Assembly (NCBI RefSeq): GCF_006345805.1
Contig: NC_043004.1
Coordinates: forward strand, 13,950,001 to 14,014,000
DNA length: 64,000 nucleotides
Reading direction: 5' to 3'
From: Octopus sinensis
Lineage: Eukaryota
The notes below the pieces were generated by a model. The model did no database searches, had not been told where the DNA came from, and was given only the letters and a program-made list of their open reading frames with translations. The translations under genes and the position numbers were made by a program. The first letter of the stretch is position 1, and each line of letters opens with the position of its first letter. Below are positions 50,712 to 63,268 of the stretch, piece by piece.

Positions 50712-51674
50712 TCACTTTTTCTAGTCCTATCTATCTCTCCCTCCCACTACCTTTCCTCTCTCCCTCTCTCCCTCACTAAATCACTTACTCTTCCACTCCA
50801 TTACTTGACCTCTTATCTCTTTCTACTTATTTCTCCCTCCTTCCTTCCTCCTCTCCTCTTCTTCCTCACGAACTCACTTACTCTCCCCTTCCATTCCTTC
50901 ACCTCATATTTCTTTCAATCAAAATTCTCTTATATCCCTCATTCCCTGAGGTTTTTCCATTTTCCTTTGTTCGATTTTCTTGTCATTCCCGGTCTTCTTC
51001 CCCAATCTCTATCGACCACTACCGCTAATTCTATCTTCTTCTTTCATATTCTATCCTTCTATTCCAGTTCCTCTCTCTCTCACTCTCTCTCTCTCTCTCT
51101 CTCTCCTCAGTCTATTTATTTCCTTCTCTCATACGTTCTTTCTGATGTTCCGTAACTCCTTGCTTTTTCTCTCTTCATCGCTCAATTTCTCTCTGTTCAA
51201 TCGACGCTCCGCATACGTCTTTCTCTTACTCCGATCGTTTCTTTCTGCGTAATCTTTCTCACTTACGCTCTTTCCTTCTCTCTCTGTATTCTCCATTCTT
51301 TCATTCTTCTTTCTCAATATGCAAATTTTCACACACAAAAAACACGAGAGACACAATGTCTGCATTAAAGCTACAACATTCCACCTCTCAAAGTCTCATA
51401 GAGACATACGTATAGAAAACAAATTCTAAAGTAATTTATCGGCAAAAAAGGGATTATATAGCGCGTGAAAATCCTAGCCAGACATTGATTAATTACACAC
51501 ACCAATGAATCTATCTTCTCTTCTTATATTTATTTTTTGTTCTCTAATGCTTTTTTTTTTGTTTCAATAACTTTCCCTCCTGTGAATCGATCTTTTCCTT
51601 TTCTCTTTCGTTCAACCCAATCACCACTACATCACTCTTTCAATCTTCTCTTTTCCATTATTTTCTTTTCATGT

Positions 51675-51782
51675 CTTCTTCTTCTTCTTCTTCTTCTTCT
51701 TTCTTCTTCTTCTTCTTCTCTTCTTCTTCTTCTTCTCTTCTTCTTCTTCTTCTTCTTCTTCTTCTTCTTCTTCTTCTTCTTC
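51675..51782. repeat. (TTC)n microsatellite in a pyrimidine-rich low-complexity block (50600-51830)
   Basis: Direct reading. Confidence 0.9.
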
Positions 51783-51902
51783 CATTATAACATTCTTTCT
51801 GATGTTGCTAAATTTTTTTCCTCCTATTTTCGTTCCTAATTTAATTTTTGGAAGTTATAAATGTTCGTGTGTGTGTGTGCATGTGTGTGTGTGTGTGCAC
51901 GC

Positions 51903-51993
<91 letters not shown>

Positions 51994-52073
51994 ATGTATA
52001 TATATCTATCATGCTGCTTATTAATCTCTTTGTTATGTAGCAACAAATCCTCATAGGCGGAGGCGCACCAATA

Positions 52074-52106
<33 letters not shown>

Positions 52107-52202
52107 CACATATGTATGTGTGTGTGTGTATATATATATATATGCCTACTGTATATATGTGTTATATATATATATTTTCTATATATATACACACACACAC
52201 AC

Positions 52203-52249
<47 letters not shown>

Positions 52250-52272
52250 GAATATATATATATATGAAACAC

Positions 52273-52308
<36 letters not shown>

Positions 52309-52735
52309 ATATATATATATAGAATATATATATATATATAAAACACATATATACAGTAGGCATATAGCGAGAGATAGATAAATAGATAGCTAGACAGAGA
52401 TTATGCATGCTCAAGCATTGAATGATGACAAGCTTCGCTAGAGAAAGTAGTAATTATCATGGCCATAGAAACACCATAATGCTTTCAGGGACAAAGACAC
52501 GACCAGATATAGCAATGTATTGAATCCAATACTTACAAGCGTCGTTAGAATGGAATCTACGTTTTGTCCAATTCCTATTTTTGTCATTACATATTTTCAA
52601 CTCGTTACAACTTTACTCATCAAACTTGTCCATAAATCACTTTTTAAAAAGCGTTTAAATAACATCTAACAATAAGATGTCACTCTCTATTAGAGACATA
52701 TTTCTAGTATATATTAGTTTACAGATATGTATTAT

Positions 52736-52905
52736 ATAGGCAAAAGCATGGTAAGAAGCTTGCTTCCCAATAACATGGCTCCGGGTTCAGTCCCGCTGTG
52801 TGTCACATTGGGTAAAAGTTTTCTGCTATAGCATTCGGCCGACCAAAGCCCTGTGAGTGGATTTGGCAGACGGACACTGAAAGAATCACTTCGTGTATAT
52901 ATATG

Positions 52906-52970
<65 letters not shown>

Positions 52971-53157
52971 TGTGTGTGTGGTGTGTGTGTGTGTGTGTGT
53001 GTGTGCGTGCGTGTGTGTTTGTTCCCACCATCGCTTGGCAACCGATAAAATAAGTACTAGGCTTACAAAGAATAAGTTCCAGGGTCGATCTGTTCTATTA
53101 AAGGCGGCGTTCCGGTATGGCCGCAGTCAAATGGCTGAAACAAGTAAAAGAATAAAA

Positions 53158-53160
<3 letters not shown>
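52736..53160 (+). mobile_element. tRNA-derived SINE family 1
   Basis: Head, internal (TA)n(TG)n tract and tail ctgaaacaagtaaaagaataaaagaa. Confidence 0.85.
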
Positions 53161-53208
<48 letters not shown>

Positions 53209-55079
53209 ATAGCACTCCATCGGTTACCACCACGTGGGTTCTAGTTGATACGATCAACAGAACATCCTGCTCGTGAAATTAACGTGCAAGTGGCTGAGCA
53301 CTCCACAGACACGTGTACCTTTAACATAGTTCTCGGGGAGATTCAGCGTGACAAGACTGGCCCTTTGAAATACAGGTACAACAGAAACAGAAGAAAGAGT
53401 GAGAGAAAGTAATGGTGAAAGAATACAGCAGGGTTCGCCACCCCCCCCCCCTGCCGGAGCCTCGTGCTGTAAGGAATATATATGGGTGTTAATAAGCTTC
53501 AGTTTGGGAAGCAATTGAATTAACAGATATGACATTATCAGAATTTTAAAGTTTATTTATTTAGATATTGTGCTTTATTTGATAACAAGTTGATCAAGCA
53601 AGCGGTGCCTTATATCTCTGAGGGAGGCCGGTGCACAATGATGCCGTCGCGAGGTACGCCCTGGAAGGGCGCGCATTCTCTCCTTATGACGTCATACACT
53701 TGCTGGCTTCCAGTATGCGATCTTTCGACTGGTAGCACTTGCAGATGCAAGTTTGCAAAACATTTCATACCGAGCCAATGAAGAATCTTTTATCTTTCAC
53801 TTGTTTAAGTCACCAGACTGCGGAACCATGTAGTTTGGAGGCAAATTTCTTACCACACAATGAGCGATGGGACATTACACAGTTCTTTATCAAGGGTATA
53901 ACTGGTGAGATCAATCCGGGAAGAGTTTCATTTTAGAACTTAGATAAATGCTACGGAATGCTATGTAGATAAATTTCCATCACCTCATTTTATTTCAGAT
54001 ATCTTTTTTACTCTCTCTTTGGCAACGCAAGGATTGTTAGTTATGACCCAATTGCTTGGGTCATAATCCAAGTAATTGATAGGCAGGTAATTATCTAATT
54101 TGATGGGAGTTTTCAACTCACAATATTACACGAGTAAACCTACCCGAAATATGTTTAGTATACAGAACACTGCCCTGGAGATGTCTTCCCCTCTGGCACA
54201 TCGCAAACCATTAGACTGGCTCGTTTTTATTTCATCGTCATTCGGTACGCTATATAGCAGCGTCGACACTGGGGGGACTGGAAATCGGAGCGTTAAGCGA
54301 CGTTGAACAAAAAAATTCATAAAAACAAATATTCCATCAAAGTTTTGTACACCTCACTACCGATTATTCTATTCAGTATTCGAAGATATACCCAAAAATG
54401 GTGATTTCTAACATTTCATTAAAAGTTTTTCTCTCCGTTTCTTAAGAATATCATTTTGAATTGAAAACAGATATTATTTTTTTCCATTTTTACTTCTCCA
54501 CTTTTCCGGACAGATTCTTTACGCCATATTTAACTCAGTTTACATGCTTGTTGTATTTTAACATTTATTGCGTTTCTGATGGCGATATTTTCTTCGTATT
54601 CTTGATAGATGCAGAGAGTGGAAAGGTTCCTAGATGTCGTTGTTGCATTTCAGTAATTCTATACAATTCTACTCTCTGCTTTCACAATGGTGATAAATGT
54701 TTGTTTTTTTTCATAAAATTTTCTATAGTTAAGGAAATAATAAACCTGTAAGTCAAAATTACTTCTCTCTATCAATCTATCTGTCTGTCTGTCTGCCTGT
54801 CTCTATCTATCTCTCTGTCTATCGAACGATAGATCGATGTCTGTATATGTTCATAGCTATCATCCAAACAACGTACCATTTCAATTCTTCATTATCTCCA
54901 GCCTGTCTGTTTGAATATTCTTCAGAGAAATACACGCAGCAATGAAGACTAACATGTGGCAATGTGTCTTCTATTTAAGATGATGTACATTGATGTTAGA
55001 ATGTGAAGATTGGTAGTCAAAGATTCGAAAAGATAAAATCATATTAAGTTTTATCAAGTTCAATTAAAAATTTATATAT

Positions 55080-55262
55080 AGGTGCAGGAGTGGCTGTGTG
55101 GTAAGTAACTTGTTTACCAACCACATGGTTCCGGGTTCAGTCCCACTGCGTGGCACCTTGGGCAAGTGTCTTCTACTATAGTCTCGGGCCAACCAAAGCC
55201 TTGTGAGTGGATTTGGTAGACGGAAGCTGAGAGAAACCCGTCGTATATATGTATATATATAT

Positions 55263-55306
<44 letters not shown>

Positions 55307-55548
55307 TGTATATGCATGTGCGTGTGTGTGTGTATGTTTGTGTGTCAGTGTTTGTCTCCCCACCATCACTTGACAACCGATGCTGGTGTGTTTACGTCCC
55401 CGTAACTTAGCGGTTCGGTGAAAGAGACCGGTAGAATAAGTAATAGGCTTACAAAGAATAAGTCCTGGGGTCAATTTGCTCGACTAAAAGGCGGTGCTCC
55501 AGCATGGCCTCAGTCAAATAACTGAAACAAGTAAAAGGGTAAAAGAGT
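55080..55548 (+). mobile_element. tRNA-derived SINE family 1, full length
   Basis: Head aggagtggctgtgtggtaag...ggttccgggttcagtccc, internal microsatellite and tail caagtaaaagggtaaaagag. Confidence 0.9.
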
Positions 55549-56132
55549 ATATGTCTTGGTAGCTGATACTAATATTTTTCAGGGCATTGGCGATTAAACA
55601 ATTGCTAGGCATAAAATTTTGTAAATCGATGCATAAAAGCTGGGCTTAAATTTATCCATCTAAGCACTGGAATTTCTAGTAAAAATTTGAAGGGAATTAG
55701 CGGACACCCATATCGTAAACGATGGATGAGTGCCCTGCAATTTCCTGCTGAGCAGCGTGCACAGATGATTTGTTTATAGCGATCCAATATTTCTCTTTCG
55801 CATTGGCTGGCTCCCATCTATCAAATCGATCCTGCATCTATAGTGCATGATGTGACACACGTCAGACGTGGAAGTGGTCGAATAACGACCTGAAAAAAGT
55901 GATTTAATCCAGAACAAAACGCTCCGTCCTGTCTAGAAATTGAAACCACGATGTTGCGAGTAATATCCTGACCAGTAGGCCATGCTCCTTCTTGAGGAGT
56001 AGCTGTTATGAAATTAGCAACATGTAATAATCACGTAGAAACCAAAAAGAATCACATTGAGAGTATAGGAGTCTGCAAAATTCCCAAACACTTAGCCGCT
56101 AAATCAATGCGTTGGTATATATATATATATGT

Positions 56133-56192
<60 letters not shown>

Positions 56193-56297
56193 ATATATGT
56201 ATATATATATATATAATATATATATATATATACATATATATGTATATATATGTATATATATATGTATATGTATATATGTATATATATATATATATAT

Positions 56298-56345
<48 letters not shown>

Positions 56346-56468
56346 ATATAGATATACATATATATATATATATGTATGTATATGTATATATGTATATATA
56401 TATATAATTATTTATTTACTATTTGAAATATATATATGTATATTGTTTATTTATTTCTAAGGGTATAT

Positions 56469-56519
<51 letters not shown>

Positions 56520-56544
56520 GTATGTGTATTATATATTATATATA

Positions 56545-56840
56545 TATATTTCAAGCGAGTTGTAAACAGTAGTAGCACGACATCGTGAAGTATATATACC
56601 GCATAAATGTGGCTGACCCATATGAGAAGATGCTACCGTAGTTTACAGACCCAGGAGGACATCTGATCCCGCTGGCTAACGACACACTGTCTGTGCCCGA
56701 TCAATATTTGCGAAGGGAAGTCATCGTTCCCATCTCTACCCTGACGTGGAGGAGATGTTCTCCTGGGGCTGTAAACTACAGTAGCATTGTCCCGTATGGG
56801 TCAGCCACATTTAGGTGGCATATATATACTTCACGATATA
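56545..56840. repeat. Foldback (~85-bp arms) made of a diverged relative of the 59.4-60.3 kb hammerhead repeat
   Basis: 56582-56667 is approximately the reverse complement of 56756-56840. 56650-56748 aligns with 59735-59835 (cccaggag..atct...gctggctaacga..cac...ccgat) and shares the tttcaagcga motif. Confidence 0.75.
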
Positions 56841-58124
56841 TATTATTTATTATGTCGAAAAAGCTGGAAGCTATGTATATTTATTATTTACTATTCTTTA
56901 ATTGCAGATCAATTACTGTACGTGTGAATGTATACGTATTGTTGAGTGAGCCTGTCGTTGTTCATGTTTCTACATACGCATGGGGATATTGCTGTAAGTC
57001 TGTGTATTGGAGTTTTATAAATATGAACATCCTTGTCAATCTCCGTTGCAGATATGAGTTTCTCTTAGTGTAAGCATTAATATAAGTCTATACGTACGCA
57101 TGCGCGTCTGTTATTGTAAGTATAATCATTATTGTGTCTGTGTGTGTGCGTGATGGTAAGGGAAAGTGATTGTTGTTAAAACGAAAAGTGCTTGATACTT
57201 AGTTACTAATGGAGATATACGTTGTTAAAAATATATGTTTGTGTATTAATATTGAATAATAATTTTATATCTAGGCACATTTGCCTTTTTCATCATATAA
57301 GACCATACATATTTAATCACATATATATCAATATATAAATGTCTCTGATCGTAACTCTTAATGTATGTTTATATGCAGACGCTTGAGTACTTTTAGATAT
57401 TTCTATGTGCGCGTCTGCTGATATTTAAGTTAAATTTTGAAAAAAGAAACAAGAAAAAATATGAGTATGTCAAAATTATAAGCGATACTTTTAAGACATG
57501 TCTTACTAGTTTAGTCATATTCATAATTTTATGTATCGTAAGACTGGACACGAAAAATCTGTCAGATTGTTGTTTAAATAGTTTGCAAATGAGCGGATAA
57601 CATCTGATAACTGACTGAACAAAATATATTAATAATTACAAAACTAAACATGCAATAATCTTGATGAAGAAATTAGTTATTGAAATTCTGAAGATGACAG
57701 CTCCAAAATAATTGTAAAAATATGTAACCGCAGCTTTAAGCAAAATGTTATTCATTCTCAGATGCTTTATGGCGTTGACAATGTTTGTAGAGGAGGCATG
57801 GGTAATTATTTTCCGAAGAGCGGCTGCGTGAGAGATGGCTCATGAAACATAGCTGAAGCCAGTCGCATTATCAAAATAATTCGAGGTAGTTTCTCGTTAA
57901 TTGTGACTCTCTTTACTCTCTTTTACTCTTTTACTTGTTTCAGTTATTTGACTGGCCATGCTGGAGCACCGCCTTTAGTCGAGTAAATCGACTCCAGGAC
58001 TTATTCTTTTTAAGCCTAGTACTTATTCTATCAGTCTCTTTCGCCGAGCCGCTAAGTTACGGGGACATAAACACACCAGCATCGTTTGTCAAGCGATGTT
58101 GGTGACAAACAGAGATACAAACAA

Positions 58125-58215
<91 letters not shown>

Positions 58216-59070
58216 TACATATATACGACGGGCTTCATTCAATTTCCGTCTACCAGATCAACTGACAAGGTTTTGGTCAGCCCGAGGATTTCGTAGAAGA
58301 CACTTGCCCAAGGTGCCACGCAGTGGGACTGAACCCGGAGCAATGTGGTTGGTAAGCAAGCTATTTACCACACAGCCACTCCTACGACATTCAGAAAGTT
58401 CTGTGGACAGCAGTTTGCGCATAACTATTGTGAAGTTTATACTCTACAATAGACATGTCCGAATTGCAGCCTGAGGAGAGCTTTTTGAGAGAAACCGCCT
58501 GTAACAATCAGAAACTCAAAAGGCAGTCCAAATATAGAAAACACTTCAGTACACACTTTTCAGACTTTTCGTATTTCTAACACTTTTAAAAATGTAAATC
58601 GTATTTACTTCTATGTGGATTGTTTGATTAAGAAGATTAATGTTTGACTCATTAGATAAGTACTTGACCTATAGTTTGAACTATAAGTTATTGTACTTTT
58701 ATTTCAATCACTAGTGCGCAACTTCAAGATTCTAGTTTTCCAGCTATAGTAACGAGAGCGTCAATAAAGCAAAATTGATACCATCTCCAGATAGAGATAA
58801 ACCTGGTTAACATTTGATTATATATAGATATATATCATTACCTGGCCACAACCATCATCGAAAAAGTTTGATAGTATCTTTCAAGGTAGTGAATCATTAT
58901 CGAAACATCCCACACGACTCAGAAACTGGAGCTATTAACCCATTTCGTGTATAGTTTTTTTTTGGGGGGGGGGCAGTTAATTTGAATAAATTGTATTTCT
59001 TTTCACATATATAAAAATGAAGTGCCAAGTAGAAAAAAACCCCAAAAAACAACGGGTACGAACTTATTTC
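56830..59070 (+). repeat. Tandem segmental duplication, copy 1
   Basis: Colinear with 60335-62235 (e.g. atatgagtttctcttagtgtaagcattaatataagtctatacgtacgcatg is identical in both). Carries a SINE insertion at 57906-58386. Confidence 0.9.
57906..58386 (-). mobile_element. tRNA-derived SINE family 1, full length
   Basis: Reverse complement of 55080-55548; absent from the paralogous segment. Confidence 0.9.
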
Positions 59071-59450
59071 CCAAAACAATAGATATATATGCGTGTATAT
59101 ATATGTCTATGCGTGTGTGTGTGCTGTACAGGTGCCTGTATATGTAGATGTGTTATCGAAACTAATAGCGTATAAGCAATGAGCTGTATCAATAGATCCT
59201 GATGAATAAATAAACATCCTAAAATGCTGTTGGTTAGGTGTCTGTATCTGTTCCGATTCAAGAATCACGTTGAAAGTACAGGAGCCTTCAAAATTCTCAA
59301 CCACTTAGGCGCTGAATCAATGCGATGGTAGATCACTTGATCCAATAATATGATCCTCATTGTCAAGGAACCGTCAGTTCAGCATCTCTTCTGGCTAGTT
59401 AGCGATGCACATCTGCATCCGATGAAATTGCGATCAAGGGAGCAAATCCC

Positions 59451-59546
59451 TACCATCTCCTAGCGACGAAACCAGTAGACCAGTCCTGATTTCGGGCTAT
59501 TTCTGCCCCTCCTCAGTACTGGACACCTCTTCTGCTAGAGATGATA
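59451..59546 (-). ncRNA. Full type-I hammerhead ribozyme with extended helix I (family H, best copy)
   Basis: Minus 59522-59472: ccagta-CTGAGGA-g-gggc(agaaata)gccc-GAAA-tca(ggac)tg-GTC-tactgg. Distal helix I tatcatctctagc (59546-59534) pairs with gctaggagatggta (59464-59451). Predicted cleavage between 59478 and 59477. Confidence 0.85.
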
Positions 59547-59836
59547 GCAGCTTGCATCTGCACGCAATATATATATATATTTCAAGCGAACACACAATCG
59601 CATATTTTTCAATGAGAGAAAATGCTAGTTCTAAAATCTCTCTAAGGGATCAACGCAGTAGTTGTACTGACAAATATTATTCATAGCCACTTTAACATGG
59701 CTCTCCATTCGAGCGGACTCTATTACGATTTTTTAACCCCAAGGAGATATCTCCTCTAGCTGGTTAACGATGCACAGCTGCATCCGATAAATTTGCCAGC
59801 AGGGCAGCGAACCCCTATCATCTCCTAGTGATGGGG

Positions 59837-59887
59837 CCATTTGATCAGTCCTGGTTTCGGGATATTTCTGCCACTCCTCACTACTAG
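59837..59887 (-). ncRNA. Degenerate hammerhead copy (family H)
   Basis: ctagta-GTGAGGA-gtggc(agaaata)tccc-GAAA-ccaggactg-ATC-aaatgg. C3 and several helix positions are mutated. Confidence 0.6.
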
Positions 59888-60019
59888 ACACCTCTTCCGC
59901 TAGAGATGACAGTAGCTCGCTTCTGCTGCAATATATATATTTTAGCGACTGTATGTTCGCTTGAAATACATATATAGCGTGCAGAAGCGAGCTGCTATCA
60001 TCTCTAGCAGAAGAGGTGT

Positions 60020-60070
60020 CTAGTACTGAGGTTTGGCAGAAATAGCCCGAAAACAGGATTGCTCTACTGG
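60020..60070 (+). ncRNA. Degenerate hammerhead copy (family H, inverted)
   Basis: ctagta-CTGAGGT-ttggc(agaaata)gccc-GAAA-acaggattg-CTC-tactgg. A9 and helix III are mutated; helix I is retained. Confidence 0.6.
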
Positions 60071-60334
60071 CCACGTCACTACGAGATGGTAGGGGTTTTC
60101 CCCCCTGCTCTCAACTTTATCGGCTGCAGCTGTGTATCGTTAACCAGCTAGATGAGATATCTTCTTGGGGTTAAAAATCGCAGAAGAGTCCGCTTGAACG
60201 GACAGCCATGTTAAAGTGGCTACAAATATTATTCGTCAGTACAACTACTGCGGTGATCCCTTAGAATATTTTAGAACTAGCATGTTTGCTTATATATATA
60301 ATCATATATATTAACAATTAATTTAATATTTCGA

Positions 60335-62235
60335 ATGATATATATTATTCATTATGTCGAAAAAGCTGAAAGATATGTACATTTATTATTTATTATATTC
60401 TAATTGTAGATCAATTACTGTACGTCTGATGTATTTGTTTTGCTACATATGTCTGTCTTTGTTCATGTCTCTACACACGCCTGTGGACATAGCTGGAACC
60501 TGTGTATTGGAGTTTTATTAATATGAACATCCTTGTCAATGTCCGTTGCGTATATGAGTTTCTCTTAGTGTAAGCATTAATATAAGTCTATACGTACGCA
60601 TGTGTGTCTGTGATTGTATGTATAATCATTAATGTGGTTGTGTGTGTATACCTGTATATTTGCGTGTTTGCGCGCTTGTAAAGGAGAGTGATTGTTGTTA
60701 AAACGAAAAGTGCTTTGTACTTAGTTGCTAATGGAGATATACGTTATTAAATATATGTTCATGTATTATCATTGAATAATAATTTTATATCTAGGGACAT
60801 TTGCTTTTTCTTCATATAAGCCCATACATATTTAATCACACACATATCAATAGATAAACGTGCCTGATGGTAATTCGTGATGTATATTTATATAGAAGTA
60901 CTTGAGTATTTTCAAATATTTCCTATACGCGTCAGCTTATGCTTAACTGAAATTTGGAAAAGGAAAAAATAAAAAATATACGAGTTTGTCAACATTATAA
61001 GCGACACTTTTAGGACTTGTCTTACTAGTTTAGTCATATTCATAATTTCATGTGTCGTAAGATTGAACACGAAAAATCTGTCAGATTGTTGTTTATATAA
61101 TTTGAAAAGGAGCGGATAACATCTGATAACTGACTGAACAAAATATATTTACAATTACAAAACTAAACATGTTATAATCTTGATGGACAAATCGGTTATT
61201 GAAAATTCTGAAGTTACAAACGGATGACAGCTCCAAAATAATTGTAAAAATATGTAGCCTAATCTTCAAGCAAAATGTTATTCATTCTCAGATGCTCTAT
61301 GGTGTCTACGGAAAGTGTAGAGGAGGCATGGGTAATATTTCTCTAGACATGGCTCATGAAACACGGCTCATGAGACGCGGGTCATGTGACACGGCTCAGC
61401 CGGACCTCATTATTAAAATAATTCAAGATAGTTTGTTCATAATTGTGAACAAATTATCTTGTTCATAAGTGTTCATAACTATAAATGTGAACAAACTTTC
61501 TTGTTCATAAGTGTTCATAACTATAAATATGAACAAACTATCTTATTCATAAGTGTGAATAAACTGTTTGTTCATAAGTGTAAACAAACTGTCTTGTTCA
61601 TAACTGTTCATAACTATAAATGTGAACAAACTATCTTGTCCATAAGTGTGAATAAACTGTTTGTTCATCAGTGTGAACAAACTATCTTATTCAGAAAGTT
61701 CTGCGGACAGCTGTTTGCGCATGTTATAGAGTTTATACTCGACAATAGTCATGGGCAAACTGCACCCTCCGGGAAATTTTTTTTAAGGAATCCGTCTGTA
61801 ATAATCAGAAACCCAAAAGAAGACAATCGAAATATGGAAAAGACTTAACAGTATAGTTTTGAACATTTTTGGATATCTGACACGTTCAAAATGAGGCAAA
61901 ACGTATTTACTTGTATGTGGGTTGTATGATTAAGAAAATTAATATTTACTGTATGATTTATTAGATAAGCTCTTGACTAATAGATTGCTCTATATGATAT
62001 CGTACTTTTATTTCAGTCTGTAGCTATGCAACAGCAGTAATCTAGTTATTCAGCTATAATAACGAGAGTGCCAGTAAAACAAAATGGATAATATCTGCAG
62101 ATCAGGACAAACGCTTGGTAAACACTCTAATATATATATCATAAATTGTCAACGAAAAGTCTTTGATAGTATCTTTCAAGGTAGTGAATCATTCAAACAT
62201 CCCAATTAGTTTAGGAACTGGAGCCATTAACACAT
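60335..62235 (+). repeat. Tandem segmental duplication, copy 2
   Basis: Colinear with 56830-59070, roughly 80-85% identity by eye. Confidence 0.9.
61431..61692. repeat. Minisatellite of 26-42-nt hairpin-like units (ttgttcataagtgtgaacaaactatc)
   Basis: About eight imperfect units, each with tgttca and tgaaca inverted motifs. Gives rise to the repetitive ORF at 61459-61848. Confidence 0.85.
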
Positions 62236-62762
62236 TATTATTTACGTTACTCTGTCAAAATTAATGCCTATTTATTCAGATTGTTTTGAATTAATCATGC
62301 ATTATCTTGTAGCTTCGAGATTTCGATATAGTGATTGCTTATTATTAGGATGTTATTGTAGGTAAGGTGGGAGAGGCCAGATTCAGCCAGCTGGAACATA
62401 AAATAGGGTCAGTATTTGGGTCTGATACGGGTGGTTTAAATGCTAGAAGGTTAAATACTAGTTGTACAGGTGAATTTCCCAAATTGCACATAAGACTTTA
62501 TAAAAGTGAGATTATATTTCATTTTAGAAAATAATTAATTTATGTTTAACGACGAACTTTTTTGGGAAAATATGCGGTGGGGACGACAACCAGTTATAGA
62601 CTACAAAGAAATCACGCTATACATACCACCCACAAAAAAATCCATGAAGCACAATAAAAAAAAGAAAAACATTAAGAGACCAAAATATAGAAATAGAAAA
62701 CTGGAAAGGTTACGTCGAATATATATTATATATATATATATATGTATATATGTGTATATATA

Positions 62763-62796
<34 letters not shown>

Positions 62797-62808
62797 TCAT
62801 ATATATAT

Positions 62809-62879
<71 letters not shown>

Positions 62880-63268
62880 CGTAGATATCCATCATATACG
62901 TACACACACACGCACACAAACACAAACACAGATGTATGTATGTATTTATAAGCATAAGATCGAACAGCATTTGCAGAAATAGTGAAATACACGTTCAGGG
63001 CCCAATTCCCAAATCCCGCACTACAAGAATTTATAAAAGTGGGGTTAAGATTCATTCTAGAAAATAATTACTTTATGCTTAACGACGAACTTTCTTCGGA
63101 AAAAGACCTGGGAATGCACTAGGGCGACAGCCAGTTATGGGCTAAAAAGAAATTACGATATAACAAAAAAAAAAGAAAAGAAAAAATGGAAACAAAATCT
63201 CATGTAGCAAAATCAAAAAAGAAAGAAAAACCTTTAGGAAACGAAAATATGGAAAGCCTTTCTCCATG

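Larger units (their letters stand above)
59385..60290. mobile_element. Retrozyme-like array: ~365-nt non-coding unit, ~1.6 tandem copies on the minus strand plus one inverted copy (family H)
   Basis: 59385-59600 repeats 59745-59940 in direct orientation. 59955-60290 is the inverted copy of 59626-59940 plus the junction. Each copy carries a hammerhead motif. Confidence 0.85.

Noticed and set aside
59733-60074. 113-aa ORF across the foldback
   Set aside because: Frame is not preserved in the other repeat copies; it is a chance ORF across an inversion centre.
61431-61692. CRISPR-like repeat array
   Set aside because: Units are contiguous and degenerate with no unique spacers; eukaryotic context, no cas genes.
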